Assembly (NCBI GenBank): GCA_964016885.1
Contig: OZ024743.1
Span: 75,454,001-75,518,000 of the forward strand
Source: Eledone cirrhosa
Taxonomy: Eukaryota
Direction of reading: 5' to 3'
DNA length: 64,000 nt
The position numbers and the translations under genes were made by a program. Under the pieces are notes generated by a model. It saw only the letters and a program-made list of their open reading frames with translations, did no database searches and was not told the DNA's origin. This document shows, one piece after another, positions 1 through 13,800 of this stretch (position 1 is its first letter; every line of letters starts with the position of its first letter).

Positions 1-155
1 TTTTTTATTTTTTGTGGGGGGGTGGGGATTATTATGGTTATGTTATTAGATATTTTAATTATACAATGAGGGAAAAACAATATCAGTCAATGATGAATAT
101 TTTAATTTTTTACTGCAAGAAAAACAATAACAACTCTGGAAAGTTCCTGGTTTGG

Positions 156-2227
156 GTTAAAAGATAATACAGGAGGATCAGTTAAGACAATACAGGAGGA
201 TCAGTTAAGACAATACAGGAGGATCAGTTAAGACAATACTGGAGGATCAGTTAAGACAATACAGGAGGATCAGTTAAGACAATACCGGAGGATCAGTTAA
301 AAGACAATACAGGAGGATCAGTTAAAATACAATACAGGAGGATCAGTTAAAATACAATACAGGAGGACCAGTTAAAACAATACCGGAGGATCAGTTAAAA
401 TACAATACAGGAGGATCAGTTAAGACAATACAGGAGGATCAGTTAAAATACAGGGAGATCAATTAAAAGACAATACAGGAGGATCAGTTAAAATATATAC
501 CAGAGGATCAGTTAAAATACAATACAGGAGGATCAGTTAAAATACAAAACAGGAGGATCAGTTAAAAGACAATACAGAGGGATCAGTTAAAAGACAATAC
601 GGGAGGATCAGTTAAAATATAATACAGGAGGATCAGTTAAAACAATACAGGAGGATCAGTTAAAATACAATACAGGAGGATCAGTTAAAAAACAATACAG
701 GAGGATCAGTTAAAAGACAATACAGGAGGATCAGTTAAAAAACAATACAGGAGGATCAGTTAAAATACAATACAGGAGGATCAGTTAAAAGACAATACAG
801 GAGGATCAGTTAAAAAACAATACAGGAGGATCAGTTAAAATACAATACAGGAGGATATCAGTTAAAATACAATACAGGAGGATCAGTTAAAAGACAATAC
901 AGGAGGATCAGTTAAAAAACAATACAGGAGGATCAGTTAAAATACAATACAGGAGGATCAGTTAAAAAACAATACAGGAGGATCAGTTAAAATACAATAC
1001 AGGAGGATCAGTTAAAAAACAATACAGGAGGATCAGTTAAAAAACAATACAGGAGGATCAGTTAAAAAACAATACAGGAGGATCAGTTAAAATACAATAC
1101 AGGAGGATCAGTTAAAAAACAATACAGGAGGATCAGTTAAAAAACAATACAGGAGGATCAGTTAAAAAACAATACAGGAGGATCAGTTAAAATACAATAC
1201 AGGAGGATCAGTTAAAAAACAATACAGGAGGATCAGTTAAAAAACAATACAGGAGGATCAGTTAAAAAACAATACAGGAGGATCAGTTAAAATACAATAC
1301 AGGAGGATCAGTTAAAAAACAATACAGGAGGATCAGTTAAAAAACAATACAGGAGGATCAGTTAAAAAACAATACAGGAGGATCAGTTAAAATACAATAC
1401 AGGAGGATCAGTTAAAAAACAATACAGGAGGATCAGTTAAAAAACAATACAGGAGGATCAGTTAAAAAACAATACAGGAGGATCAGTTAAAATACAATAC
1501 AGGAGGATCAGTTAAAAAACAATACAGGAGGCTCAGTTAAAATACAATACAGCAGGATCAGTTAAAAAACAATACAGGAGGATCAGTTATAATACAATAC
1601 AGGAGGATCAGTTAAAAAACAATACAGGAGGATCAGTTAAAAAACAATACAGGAGGATCAGTTAAAAAACAATACAGGAGGATCAGTTAAAATACAATAC
1701 AGGAGGATCAGTTAAAATACAATACAGGAGGATCAGTTAAAATACAATACAGGAGGATCAGTTAAAATACAATACAGGAGGATCAGTTAAAAGACAGTAC
1801 AGGAGGATCAGTTAAAAAACAATACAGGAGGATCAGTTAAAATACAATACAGGAGGATCAGTTAAAAAACAATACAGGAGGATCAGTTAAAATACAATAC
1901 AGGAGGATCAGTTAAAAAACAATACAGGAGGATCAGTTAAAAAACAATACAGGAGGATCAGTTAAAAGACAATACAGGAGGATCAGTTAAAAAACAATAC
2001 AGGAGGATCAGTTAAAAGACAATACAGGAGGATCAGTTAAAAAACAATACTGGAGGATCAGTTAAAATACAATACAAGAGGATCAGTTAAAATACAATAC
2101 AGGAGGATCAGTTAAAAGATGATACAGGAGGATCAGTTAAAATACAATACAGGAGGATCAGTTAAAATACAATACAGGAGGATCAGTTAAAAGATGATAC
2201 AGGAGGATCAGTTAAAATACAATACAG
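156..2227. repeat. 25-bp minisatellite (AATACAGGAGGATCAGTTAAAAWAC), ~80 copies
   Basis: Direct reading; the central part shows a 4-unit (100-bp) periodicity of the AAATAC variant. Confidence 0.95.
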
Positions 2228-2681
2228 TACTGGGGTGAATTCTTTCTCTATATCTCTTTCTCACTTCCATTCTCTCACTCACTCTCTATCCTTCTCTGGA
2301 GAGGGATAGGCTCTGTCAGGTTTAAAACTGTCTTAGAAATGGTGTATGTCCTACAACAAGAAATCTACTGTATTCAGACCTGTAGTGGGATGGGCTTCAC
2401 CAGGTATGTCAATAAGGTGCCCCTACAACAAGGAATCTACACTGTATTCAGACCTGTAGTGGGATGGGCTTCACTAGGAATGTCTATATGGTGCCCCTAC
2501 AACTCCCTTGAGAGTTACAGGACCATACCATGCATTATAATAGTTTTGATTGTATTTAAAGGCAAAGGAATGATTCTATTTTTGAAATGTGCTAAAATAA
2601 ATAATAAAATTGTTTCATCTGTTTTCTGAAATGTCAGATTTATAAGATTTAATGTTTGTTTTTCTTTGTCTTTTTCTCCAG

Positions 2682-2803
2682 AGATCGAGTCTTTACAAAT
2701 ACTGTTCAGCGTTTCATAGCAAGAAAAGCTGATATTCTGTTTAACAATGAAAAACCCCCTAGAGATGTACCTCATGTTTACAAGACCTATGGAATGGGAG
2801 AAG
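2682..2803 (+). CDS. TTC14: TTC14 exon ([40 protein letters not shown])
   Basis: Polypyrimidine tract with ccAG acceptor at 2680-2681; donor G|GTAAGG; phase 1 joins the next exon. Confidence 0.88.
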
Positions 2804-5800
2804 GTAAGGTATTTCTTGGAGACAGTCTCTTTTTATTACATAAACCAGTTCTGAATGAACAAGACACCGTTATCTGATTTGGTTTGTTTTCCATGATAGC
2901 ATGGAACAATGGACGTTAAACGGTGATGATGATGTTTATGATGATGATGGTCATCCAGCTGTAGAAACAAAGCCATAATCAGTTCTGTATGAGTAAGACA
3001 TGGTTACCTGATCTGCCTTGTCATCTCACAAGGGGACAACTTGTCGAACCCATGCTAGCATGGAAAAATGGATGTTAAACGGTGATGATAATGTTTATGT
3101 TGATGATGGTCACCAAGCCAGAATTAGTTCTGTATGAGCAAGACACAATCACCTGATCTGACTTGTCTCACAACGGGACAACTTCTCTAAAACATGATAG
3201 CATGGAAAAGTGGACATTAACCCTTTAGCATTTAAACCGGCCGTATCCGGCCAGAATTCTCTCACCACTTTCTATTCAAACCAGTCATAATCAGCTGCTC
3301 ATACTGAAGTTAAGGTATTGATCTGAAAGTAAATAATATGAAAATCTCATAGATTCATTATTATGTGAGATAATTATGAGATAATTATGAGATAAAGCCT
3401 TTTCTGTGAAAATATAATAGAATATATAATGTAAATGCTAAAGGGTTAAACGATGATGATGTTGATGAAATCCTAAATCTCGTTCATTAAACTGTAAATT
3501 AAGCAAAAGATAGTTATGTAAGAATAACAAAATACTTGTTTGTTTGAGAAATTATCTTTGGGTTAATTTTCAGTTTTCAAAACGTTTATACTTTCTTGAA
3601 ATAATTTTTTTCTAAAATTTGATTCTTGAAATTGTAACTTCATCGTCGTCATCATCATCACCGTTTTACGTCCGTTCTTCCACGCTAGCATGGGTTAGAC
3701 GGGTTGTCCTGTTGTGAGCAGTGTCTGGTCGGCTGACCATGCCTTGCTCATACAGGAACTGATTTGGCTTGATTTCTACAGCTGGATGCCCTTCCTAACT
3801 CCAACCTCATTTACAGTGAGTGCTGGGTGCTTTTCCGTGGCGCCTACATGTCCACTTTACAGTGTGGGCTGGGTGCTTTTTTGCCGTGGCACCGCCACGA
3901 CCACCTTGCAGTGGGAGGGTGTGGGGGTATATTGTCTATATGCTTCAGCTTGTACCCATGGGTACTCTGTATTACTGCGTGACGCCAGAGGTCACGGTCG
4001 TGTGTCATCGCCTTTGAGAGGTGTAATTGGGTAAGGTCGGCTTTTATCACCTCATCCCAGGTCATCTTGGGTCTCCCCACTCCGCGGTTTCCATCGACTT
4101 CTAGTGCTCTGCACCTTTTTATGCAGCTGTCATCCTTCATATGCATCACATGTCCACACCAACGCATCCGCCTCTCCTGCACACAGCATATGATTCCTCT
4201 TATGCTCAGTCTCTCTCTCAATTCATTTATGCTTTGTCGTTCGCGTATATTACTATTACACATCCATCGGAGCATGCAGGCTTCGTTTCTCTCTAATCTA
4301 CGTAAGTCTTACACCTTCAGCTTCCAGGTCTCACTACCATGTAACATTGCTGTTCGGATACACGCATCATACAGTCTGCCTTTCATTTGAGGGAGAAGCC
4401 TTTTGCAGCTAGCAGTGGTAGTAGTTCTCTGAACTTCTTCCATCCCGTTCTTACCCTAGTTATTGTACTTTCTGAACACCCACCTCTGCTGCTAATTTGG
4501 TCACCTAGGTAGCAGAAGCTGTCTGCTGTCTCTACAGAGCCCTGCCAGAGATTGGTGGTACTTGTTTCCTGTGGCTGTTTGCTGCTTGCTGTCCCAGTAC
4601 AGCTGCTGCATGTGAAGCCTACATTCTTAATTAAGCTTCCTGAGATCCCGCTACATCTCTTGTGTACCCATTGTTTGCATTTGGGGCAGAGAATGGAGTT
4701 CCTACCTACACCTTTCCTACATACTGAGCAAGGCCATTTCCCTGAGGGGATCTGGGTTCTGTTTTCTCGTCTACTTACAAGGACCTTAGTCTTTGTCATG
4801 TTGACTTTGAGACCCTTTCTTTCTAGTCCCTGCTTCCAAGTTTGGAATTTCCTCTCTAGTTCTATCATAGATTCAGTTATAAGTGCGAGGTCATCAGCAT
4901 ACAGGAGTTCCCATGGGAACTTCTTCATGTTTATATAACTTTGATAGGTTTTGGCCAGTATTAGGCCATGTCTAAATAGTACCACCATGATATAACATTT
5001 CTATTGGACTTGCTTTTTAAGGTTATTACAAATTTTAGTGCATGCTAATGAGCTCCTTTAAAATCACAAACCTATATATCATCATCACTATTGTTTAGTG
5101 TCCATTTTTCCACACTAGCATGAGTTCGATGAGTTGTCTCATTGTGAGACAAGCCAGATCAGATGACCATGTCTTGCTCATACAGAACTGGTTCTGGCTT
5201 GATTCCTACAGCTTTACAGGGTAAACTGGGTGCTTTTCATTGTGGTACCAGCACTGCAACTTTACACACTGGACCGGGTGCACTACCACTTTACTGGGTG
5301 GACTGGGTACTTTTCATTGTGGTACCAGCACTACAACTTTACTGGGTGGACTGGGTGCTTTTCATTGTGGTACCAGCACTACCACTTTACTGGTTGGACT
5401 GGGTGCTTTTCATTGTGATACCAGCACCACCACTTTACTGGGTGGACTGGGTGCTTTTCATTGTGATACCAGCACCACCACTTTACTGGGTGGACTGGGT
5501 GCTTTTCATTATGACACTAGCACTACCACTTTACAGAGTGAACTGGGTGTATTTTATTGTGACATGAACACTACCACTTTACAGAATTATATATATACAT
5601 TATTAACTTTATAAATATTGCTATCTTTATTTATGGTACAGTATTGGTTTTTGCTGTATTTTCAGACTTCTATTCAATACTTCCTCCTTTGGAGTCCTTC
5701 ATGGGGTTACCTCCCGAGGACAGCAAGGAACATTTCTATCAGGTATGTATGATAAATTATATAACTGTGAATAATAAAATATTTTAAAAAATATCTTTTA

Positions 5801-8800
5801 CAATGTGTTTATATAATCATTTGTTATTTCTTTCAGAGTGTGGAAAAGAAAGATATTCTTATTGGCAGTGTAACGTCAATAATAGACAACGGACTCATCA
5901 TAACATTGCTTTGTATGGACAATGCCAGAGCCAGAGATATTGATCATTTAAAAGTTACTGTAAGTAGTTTACATGGCATCATTATAGAAACATAAACACT
6001 GCTTAACCCTTTAGCATTTACATTACTCTATATTTACTATTGTGTTTTCATGGTAAAGACTTTATCTTACCCAATTATCTCACATAATCTCCAATCTGTG
6101 AGATTTTGATATTATTTATTTTGAGAACAATACCTTAATGTCAGTATAAGCAGCTAGTTATAGCCAGTTTGAACAGAAAGGGGTGAAAGAATTCTGGACG
6201 GTTATGGCCGGTTTAAATACTAAAGGGTTAAACAACAAATAAATATATGCATGCATACGAAATTAATGGATTAAAAAATGTACTCAATACATGCGTGAAA
6301 GTGACGTCCAAATGAGTATCCTCCACTACCAACTAACTTACCCTCTGCCTCTCGATCCCGGCTGATAGGATGGGGAATACATTGTTCCAGAGGGAGGCTC
6401 ACTAGAACAGCCACTTCATATTTTAGCACAAAGAAAGCAATATGTATAGAATGGCCTCAATCTGTTTTAGATCACTCTAAGGAAATCAGATTCTCGTTCA
6501 TCAACTCTCTCTCTCACTCTCTCTCTCTCACTCTCTCTCTCTCTCTCTCTCCCTCTCCCTCTCTCTCCCTTTCGCTCCCTCTCTCTCTCTCTCTACCATG
6601 TGTGTGGTTTAGAGCTACATCCTTTTTTGAATTCTATACATATGGCTGTCACTTAGCACATCAAAAATAAGACACATCCTTTGCATACATTAAAAATGTT
6701 TCTAGAAGCTTGAAAACCAATATTGTAGAAACTAGTATTTCTCTGATATTATTTGCTGTCACATTGTTATGTGAAGTCAGGCATTAGATTTATTGTTTAG
6801 AGAAGGTATTTTCATGAATGGATCACCATCATAATCATCACCGTGTAATGTCTGTTTTCCATGCTTAGCATGGATTAGACAGGTTGTTCCATTTGAGACA
6901 AGACAGGTCGGATGACCGTGTCTTGCTCATACAGAAGCATTTCTGGCTTGGTTTCTATGGCTGGATGGTCTTCCTAACACCAACCACATTTACAGTGTAT
7001 ACTGGGTGCATTTCGTTGTGAACCTACATGTCCACTTTACAGAGTGGACTGGGTGCTTTTGATTGTGACACCAACCCGACCACTTTACAGAGTGGACTGG
7101 GTGCTTTTTGTCATGACACCAACCCGACCACTTTACAGAGTGGACTTGGTGCTTTTTGTCATGACACCAACTTGACCACTTTACAGAGTGGACTGGGTGC
7201 TTTTTGTCATGACACCACCTCAACCACTTTACAGAGTGGACTGGGTGCTTTTTGTCATGACACCAACTTGACCACTTTACAGAGTGGACTGGGTGCTTTT
7301 GATTGTGACACCAACCCGACCACTTTACAGAGTGGACTGGGTGCTTTTTGTCATGACACCAACTTGGCCACTTTACAGAGTGGACTGGGTACTTTTGATT
7401 GTGACACCAACTTGACCTCTTTACAGAGTGGTCTGGGTGCTTTTGATTGTGACACCGACCCGACCACTTTACAGAGTAGACTGGGTGCTTTTTGTCATGA
7501 CACCAACTCAACCACTTTACAGAGTGGACTGGTTGCTTTTTGTCGTGACACCAACCCGACCACTTTACAGAGTGGACTGGGTGCTTTTTGTCATGACACC
7601 AACTCAACCACTTTACAGAGTGGAGTGGGTGCTTTTTGTCATGACACCAACTTGACCACTTTACAGAATGGACTGGGTGCTTTTGATTGTGACACCAACC
7701 TGACCACTTTACAGAGTGGACTGGGTGCTTTTTGTCATGACACCAACTTGACCACTTTACAGAGTGGACTGGGTGCTTTTTGTCATGACACCAACTTGAC
7801 CACTTTACAGAGTGGACTGGGTGATTTTGATTGTGACACCAACCCGACCACTTTACAGAGTGGACTGGGTGCTTTTTGTCATGACACCAACCTGACCACT
7901 TTACAGAGTGGACTGGGTGCTTTTTGTCATGACACCAACTCAACCACTTTACAGAGTGGACTGGGTGCTTTTTGTCATGACACCAACCCGACCACTTTAC
8001 AGAGTGGACTGGGTGCTTTTTGTCATGACACCAACTCAACCACTTTACAGAGTGGACTGGGTGCTTTTTGTCATGACACCAACTTGACCACTCTACAGAG
8101 TGGACTGGGTGCTTTTTGTCATGACACCAACTTGACCACTTTACAGAGTGGACTGGGTGCTTTTTGTCATGACACCAACCTGACCACTTTTCAGAGTGGA
8201 CTGGGTGCTTTTTGTCATGACACCAACTTGGCCACTTTACAGAGTGGACTGGGTACTTTTGATTGTGACACCAACTTGACCTCTTTACAGAGTGGTCTGA
8301 GTGCTTTTAGTCATGACACCTACATGACCACTTTACAGAGTGGACTGGGTGCTTTTTGTCATGACACCAACTTGACCACTTTACAGAGTGGTCTTTAGTT
8401 TTTAACATTTGTAAAGAATGGTTCGTTGAGGCAGGTGGTCTAATCTGTTATTTTCCTATCTTTTGTCAGTTAATACACGTTAGGTAGTCTAACTGCCTTA
8501 ATTATTATAATGATATTGATATCTTTTGCACTATCATCATCATCATCATCACCACAACCACCATCATCATCATTATTATCATCATTTTACATACGCTGTT
8601 CCATGCTTCTATGCTTGGGTTGGAGAGAAAAAAACCCTACTTGATTATTCATTTAAATGTCAATAAATATTTCAAAGTATTCTGTGTGTCAACCTGTCAT
8701 CTCTATTTGTATCATTTGACAGGCTTTCTGTCATTGTAAAGAGTTGCCCCGCCATTACAACTATTCTAATCCTATTGAAGCCTTTCAAGTCAACGACAAA

Positions 8801-10786
8801 GTTCGGGGTACGTATCAAACTATTATCTTTACACTATCTGGTATATTAGAACACACAGTTATACACAATATTTACTGTGTTGTTAGACTTCAACACACCT
8901 CTTATAAACACAGTTATACACAATATTTACTGTGTTGTGTTAGACTTCAACACACCTCTTATAAACACAGTTATACACAATATTTACTGTGTCGTGTTAG
9001 ACTTCAACACACCTCTTATAAACACAATTATACACAATATTTACTGTGTCGTGTTAGACTTCAACACACCTCTTATAAACACAGTTATACACAATATTTA
9101 CTGTGTTGTGTTAGACTTCAACACACCTCTTATAAACACAGTTATACACAATATTTACTGTGTTGTGTTAGACTTCAACACACCTCTTATAAACACAGTT
9201 ATACGCAATATTTACTGTGTTGTGTTAGACTTCAACACACCTCTTATAAACACAGTTATACGCAATATTTACTGTGTCGTGTTAGACTTCAACACACTTC
9301 TTATAAACACAGTTATACACAATATTTACTGTGTTGTGTTAGACTTCAACACACCTCATATAAACACAGTTATACACAATATTTACTGTGTTGTGTTAGA
9401 CTTCAACACACCTCTTATAAACACAGTTATACGCAATATTTACTGTGTTGTGTTAGACTTCAACACACCTCTTATAAACACAGTTATACGCAATATTTAC
9501 TGTGTCGTGTTAGACTTCAACACACTTCTTATAAACACAGTTATACACAATATTTACTGTGTCGTGTTAGACTTCAACACCTTATAAACACAGTTATACG
9601 CAATATTTACTGTGTTGTGTTAGACTTCAACACACCTCTTATAAACAGTCACATACTATTACAGTCACATAATATTTACACAATCTTGTTAGATTTATAT
9701 TAGAACGCACCTGTACTGTGTTAGATTTCAACACACCTCTTCATCATCATCATTGTTTAATGTCCATTTTCCGCGCTAGCATGGGTTAGATGGGTTGTCT
9801 CATTTGAGGCAAGTTAGGTCATGAGACCGTGTCTTGCTCATGTAGAACTGTTTCTGGCTAGGTTTCTACAGTTAGATGTTCTTCCTAACACCAACTACAT
9901 TTATAGTGTGTGCTTGGTGCTTTTTGGTTACTGACATTTGGAAGAGATTAAAAATGAGAATGATATTTTAATATTTTAATTTCAACACACACATCATCAT
10001 CATCATCATCAACGTTTAACGTCCGTGTTCCACGCTTGCATGGGTTTGGACGGGGGTAGTCCCACTTGAGGCAAGAGTGATTGTCTTGCTCGCATAGGAC
10101 TGTCTGGCAGGTTTTCTACAGTTGGATGCCCTTCCTAACACCAACCACATTTACAGTGTGGGCCTGGGAGGTTTTTACCGTGTTGCCTACACGGCCACAT
10201 TACAGTGTGGACTGTGTGTTTTTTTGTCGTGACACCTACACGATCTCATTTGTTTCGGCCTGGATGGCGCGGCACCAACATAACTTTACATAGAACGGGG
10301 GGGTTGTGGTGGTGGGACGTGGTGTATTTTGTTAGAGATGCCTACTGGCAAGGCGGGTCTTCTCTATTACTGAGTACCGCCAAAGGTCTCGGTCCAGTGA
10401 CATTTTCTTGGTGAGGTGTAAGTGTGTGATTACACACGCATATGTATGTATAAATGACATACAGGATTAAATGTATCAGTAACTTTGGAGAAATAACTAT
10501 TTATAGGGACGAATATAGGGATAGAACCCAGGACTTTGTGATTAGAAAGCTAACTTCTTACTGTAACAACATGACTGAGATGGGAAGCGCATTGTGTATA
10601 CATTTTAAACAGTTACAGATGGAGACATATTATGAACCTGAAGATTGCGAAAGCATGAAAGTACTTGTTCAATTAACACTTAGAATTTAATATTCTATCA
10701 TACTAGTTCATTATAATACCATTATAAATTTTAAAGGATTGTAAATAAAACGAGTAAATCAGACAAAGTTGGAATTCCTCTTATTA

Positions 10787-10817
<31 letters not shown>

Positions 10818-13800
10818 AACACACATGGTGTATTATTATGGTTGATGTTTCTATTTCAGGTGTAATCGTTAATGTCAACCGTGAAAATAAGAAAATCTTG
10901 ATATCTATGCTTGATAAGTACCTTTCAACTGAGAACTATCCGTTTCCAAAGCTGGTAAGTTGCTCTCTTTGCTCTCATCCATTATTTTATGACTGGACAC
11001 AGCATGCCTTAAGATTTAAGGAGGGCTCTTAGCAATATTGTTCTGTGATATTGTAAAGTACTGTGTTTTGAAATTTAACGATTGGAGTAAACTCTGAACT
11101 GTCTTTTACCTATTTTGCTGTGGACTATAGAATCACATTTGAACTTTGAAATATTCTTTGCCTTTATATGGTTGTGTTATCAATTCATCTAAACTATTAT
11201 ATCATCATCATCATTTTACGTCCGCTCTTCCCTGCTATATACTTACGGTAAACATTGATGCAATTCAAACACTCAACGTATTTTTTCCACATAGGAAAAA
11301 TGGAGTATATTTAGAATAAGAAAATGCGAAGTAGTTTCAGATGTTAAAGTCCTTTAATGATAATGCTGTGATACATATTTCAATGACGACAGTGGCCACA
11401 CGATTAGACAGCTTTTTACATAATAAGGCTACGTTCCCGAGGCAATCCAAAGTGAAACGACAAGGGAACAGACAAGGCGTGTGTTCTTGTATCCCTCGTC
11501 CGTTCCCCCGTCAGCCCCAATTCTATATATATATATATATATATATTAAAATACGACTTGTCCTCAATAGAACTACGGTGACAGTAATATCTGCGTACGC
11601 ACCCCAATCCGGACTGCCCGGCACTATAAAAGACAGATTCTATGAGACACTGATGCTAACTACCTCCCAAATATCCGACAGTGACTATATAATTATCGCA
11701 GGCGACCTAAATGGTCACGTTGGACAACATTGTGACGGCTACGACGAAATCCATGGAGGCTATGGGTTTGGTACTAGAAATGAGGAAGGCGCCAGAATCC
11801 TGGAATTCTGTGATGCAAATAACCTAACTATCTGTAACACTAACTTCAAAAAACGTGACAATCACCTGATCACCTATAGATCCGGGGAACACACAAGCCA
11901 GGTAGATTATATCCTTACCAGAAGACGTGACAGAGTGTCTGTTGTTAACACTAAATCCCTCCCCCATGAAGAATGCACCTCCCAACATAGACTGATAATT
12001 AGCGACCTCATAGTCAGGACGAGACGTACTCGACAACAGAAGAGGACTATCCTCAGGAGGAAAATATGGAAGCTAAAGGACCCCACAGCCAGGAATAAAT
12101 TTCAAAGCATATTACTTGATGCTTTCGACAGTAAGGAAGAACATTTAGAGTCGGACAATATAGAGGGAGAGTGGGAATTTCTGAAAGCAAACCTGCTGTT
12201 GGCGACAGACGAGGTCTGTGGCTGGAGCAGGCCTGTAGGCAGGAGGAGAGTAACATGGTGGTGGAACAGTAAGGTGGAGGGGTCAATTAAGGCCAAAAAG
12301 CAGGCTTGGAAAGTATGGCGGGATGGGGGAAGTAGAGAGGACTATCAAGTGGCCAGGAGGGAAGCTAGGAGACAAGTGTACTTAGCAAGAAGGGAAGCTG
12401 AGGAAAGAAAGTTCAAGCATGTTCTACAACGCGATGACCAAAAACGTGAGGTGTTCAGGATTGCTAGGCAATGCGTCAAGGAAAACCGTGATATTGTCGG
12501 GGAGAAGTGTGTACTAAACGACGATGGCACACTTGCCATCACCGACGCTGATAAGAAGGTAGCTTGGAAGTGTCACTATGAAAGGCTTCTAAATGAGGAG
12601 AATAATTGGGAGAAAGGCAGTCTCCCCCATATCGACCCAATAGAGGGACCAGCAGTGTTAGTCGAGGGGAGTATAATAAGTAAGGCAATCAAGGATATGA
12701 AGACTGGTAAGGCGGCTGGGCCTTCGGAAATAGTTGCTGAGATGCTGAAGGCATCTGGCACGGTGGGACACACCATGGTCACCCGCATAGTTAACCAAGT
12801 CGTACAGAATGGGGTTGTTCCGAAGGACTGGCATAGCAGCATCATCGTTAACTGTTATAAGGGTAAAGGAGACGCCCTAGATAGGAGTAACTATAGAGGC
12901 ATTAAATTAATCGACCAGGTCATGAAGGTCACGGAAAGAGTAATAGCGCAACTAATCAGAGAGAGAATTGACCTAGATGAAATGCAGTTCGGGTTTGTGT
13001 CAGGCAAAAGTACCACAGACGCTCTTTTCATAGTACGACAACTACAGGAGAAGTACCTAGCTAAAGGTAAACCCCTCTACTTAGCTTTTGTCGACTTGGA
13101 GAAAGCCTTCGACAGAGTCCCCCGTTCCATTATCTGGTGGGCTCTTAGAAAACTAGGCGTTGACGAATGGCTTGTGAGGGCTATACAAGCCATGTATAAA
13201 GAAACAGTCAGCAAGGTTAGAATTAACAACGAATATAGTGAAGAGTTTAGCGTAAAAGTTGGCGTCCATCAGGGCTCTGTTCTCAGTCCACTACTATTTA
13301 TTATTGCCCTTCAGGCTATAACAGAGGAGTTCAAGACAGGCTGCCCATGGGAACTCCTATACGCAGACGACCTGACACTCATAGCGGAATCAATGGCCGA
13401 GCTAGAGAAGAAATTCCAAACATGGAAGCACGGCCTAGAGTCAAAAGGACTTAAAATTAACCTGGCTAAGACCAAAGTACTAGTTTGTAGGAAAGAAAAC
13501 AAGGCGGCGGTCCCTTCTGGGAAATGGTCGTGCTCGGTGTGTAGGAAAGGCGTAGGTAGAAACTCCATTTTATGTCCTAAATGCAAAGTATGGGTGCATA
13601 AAAGATGTAGTGGGATCACAGGTAAGCTAACTAAGAACATAGATTTTACATGTGGCCGGTGCTCTGGTGCAATAAGTAGCAGCAAGTGCCCACAAACTAC
13701 TAGCTCTTTCAATTGCGCAGAGGGTTCTATAGAAATAGTGGACAGCTTCCGTTACCTGGGCGATAAAATCAGCAGTGGGGGAGGGTGCTCTGAAAGTACT

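Noticed and set aside
6990-9703. Long repetitive ORFs (349, 456, 319, 236 aa)
   Set aside because: Translations of 48- and 57-bp minisatellites, open in several frames. Only 8723-8807 is a real exon.
11341-11544. N-terminus of the 991-aa ORF as part of the LINE protein
   Set aside because: No endonuclease motifs; it is flanking DNA plus a (TA)n tract.
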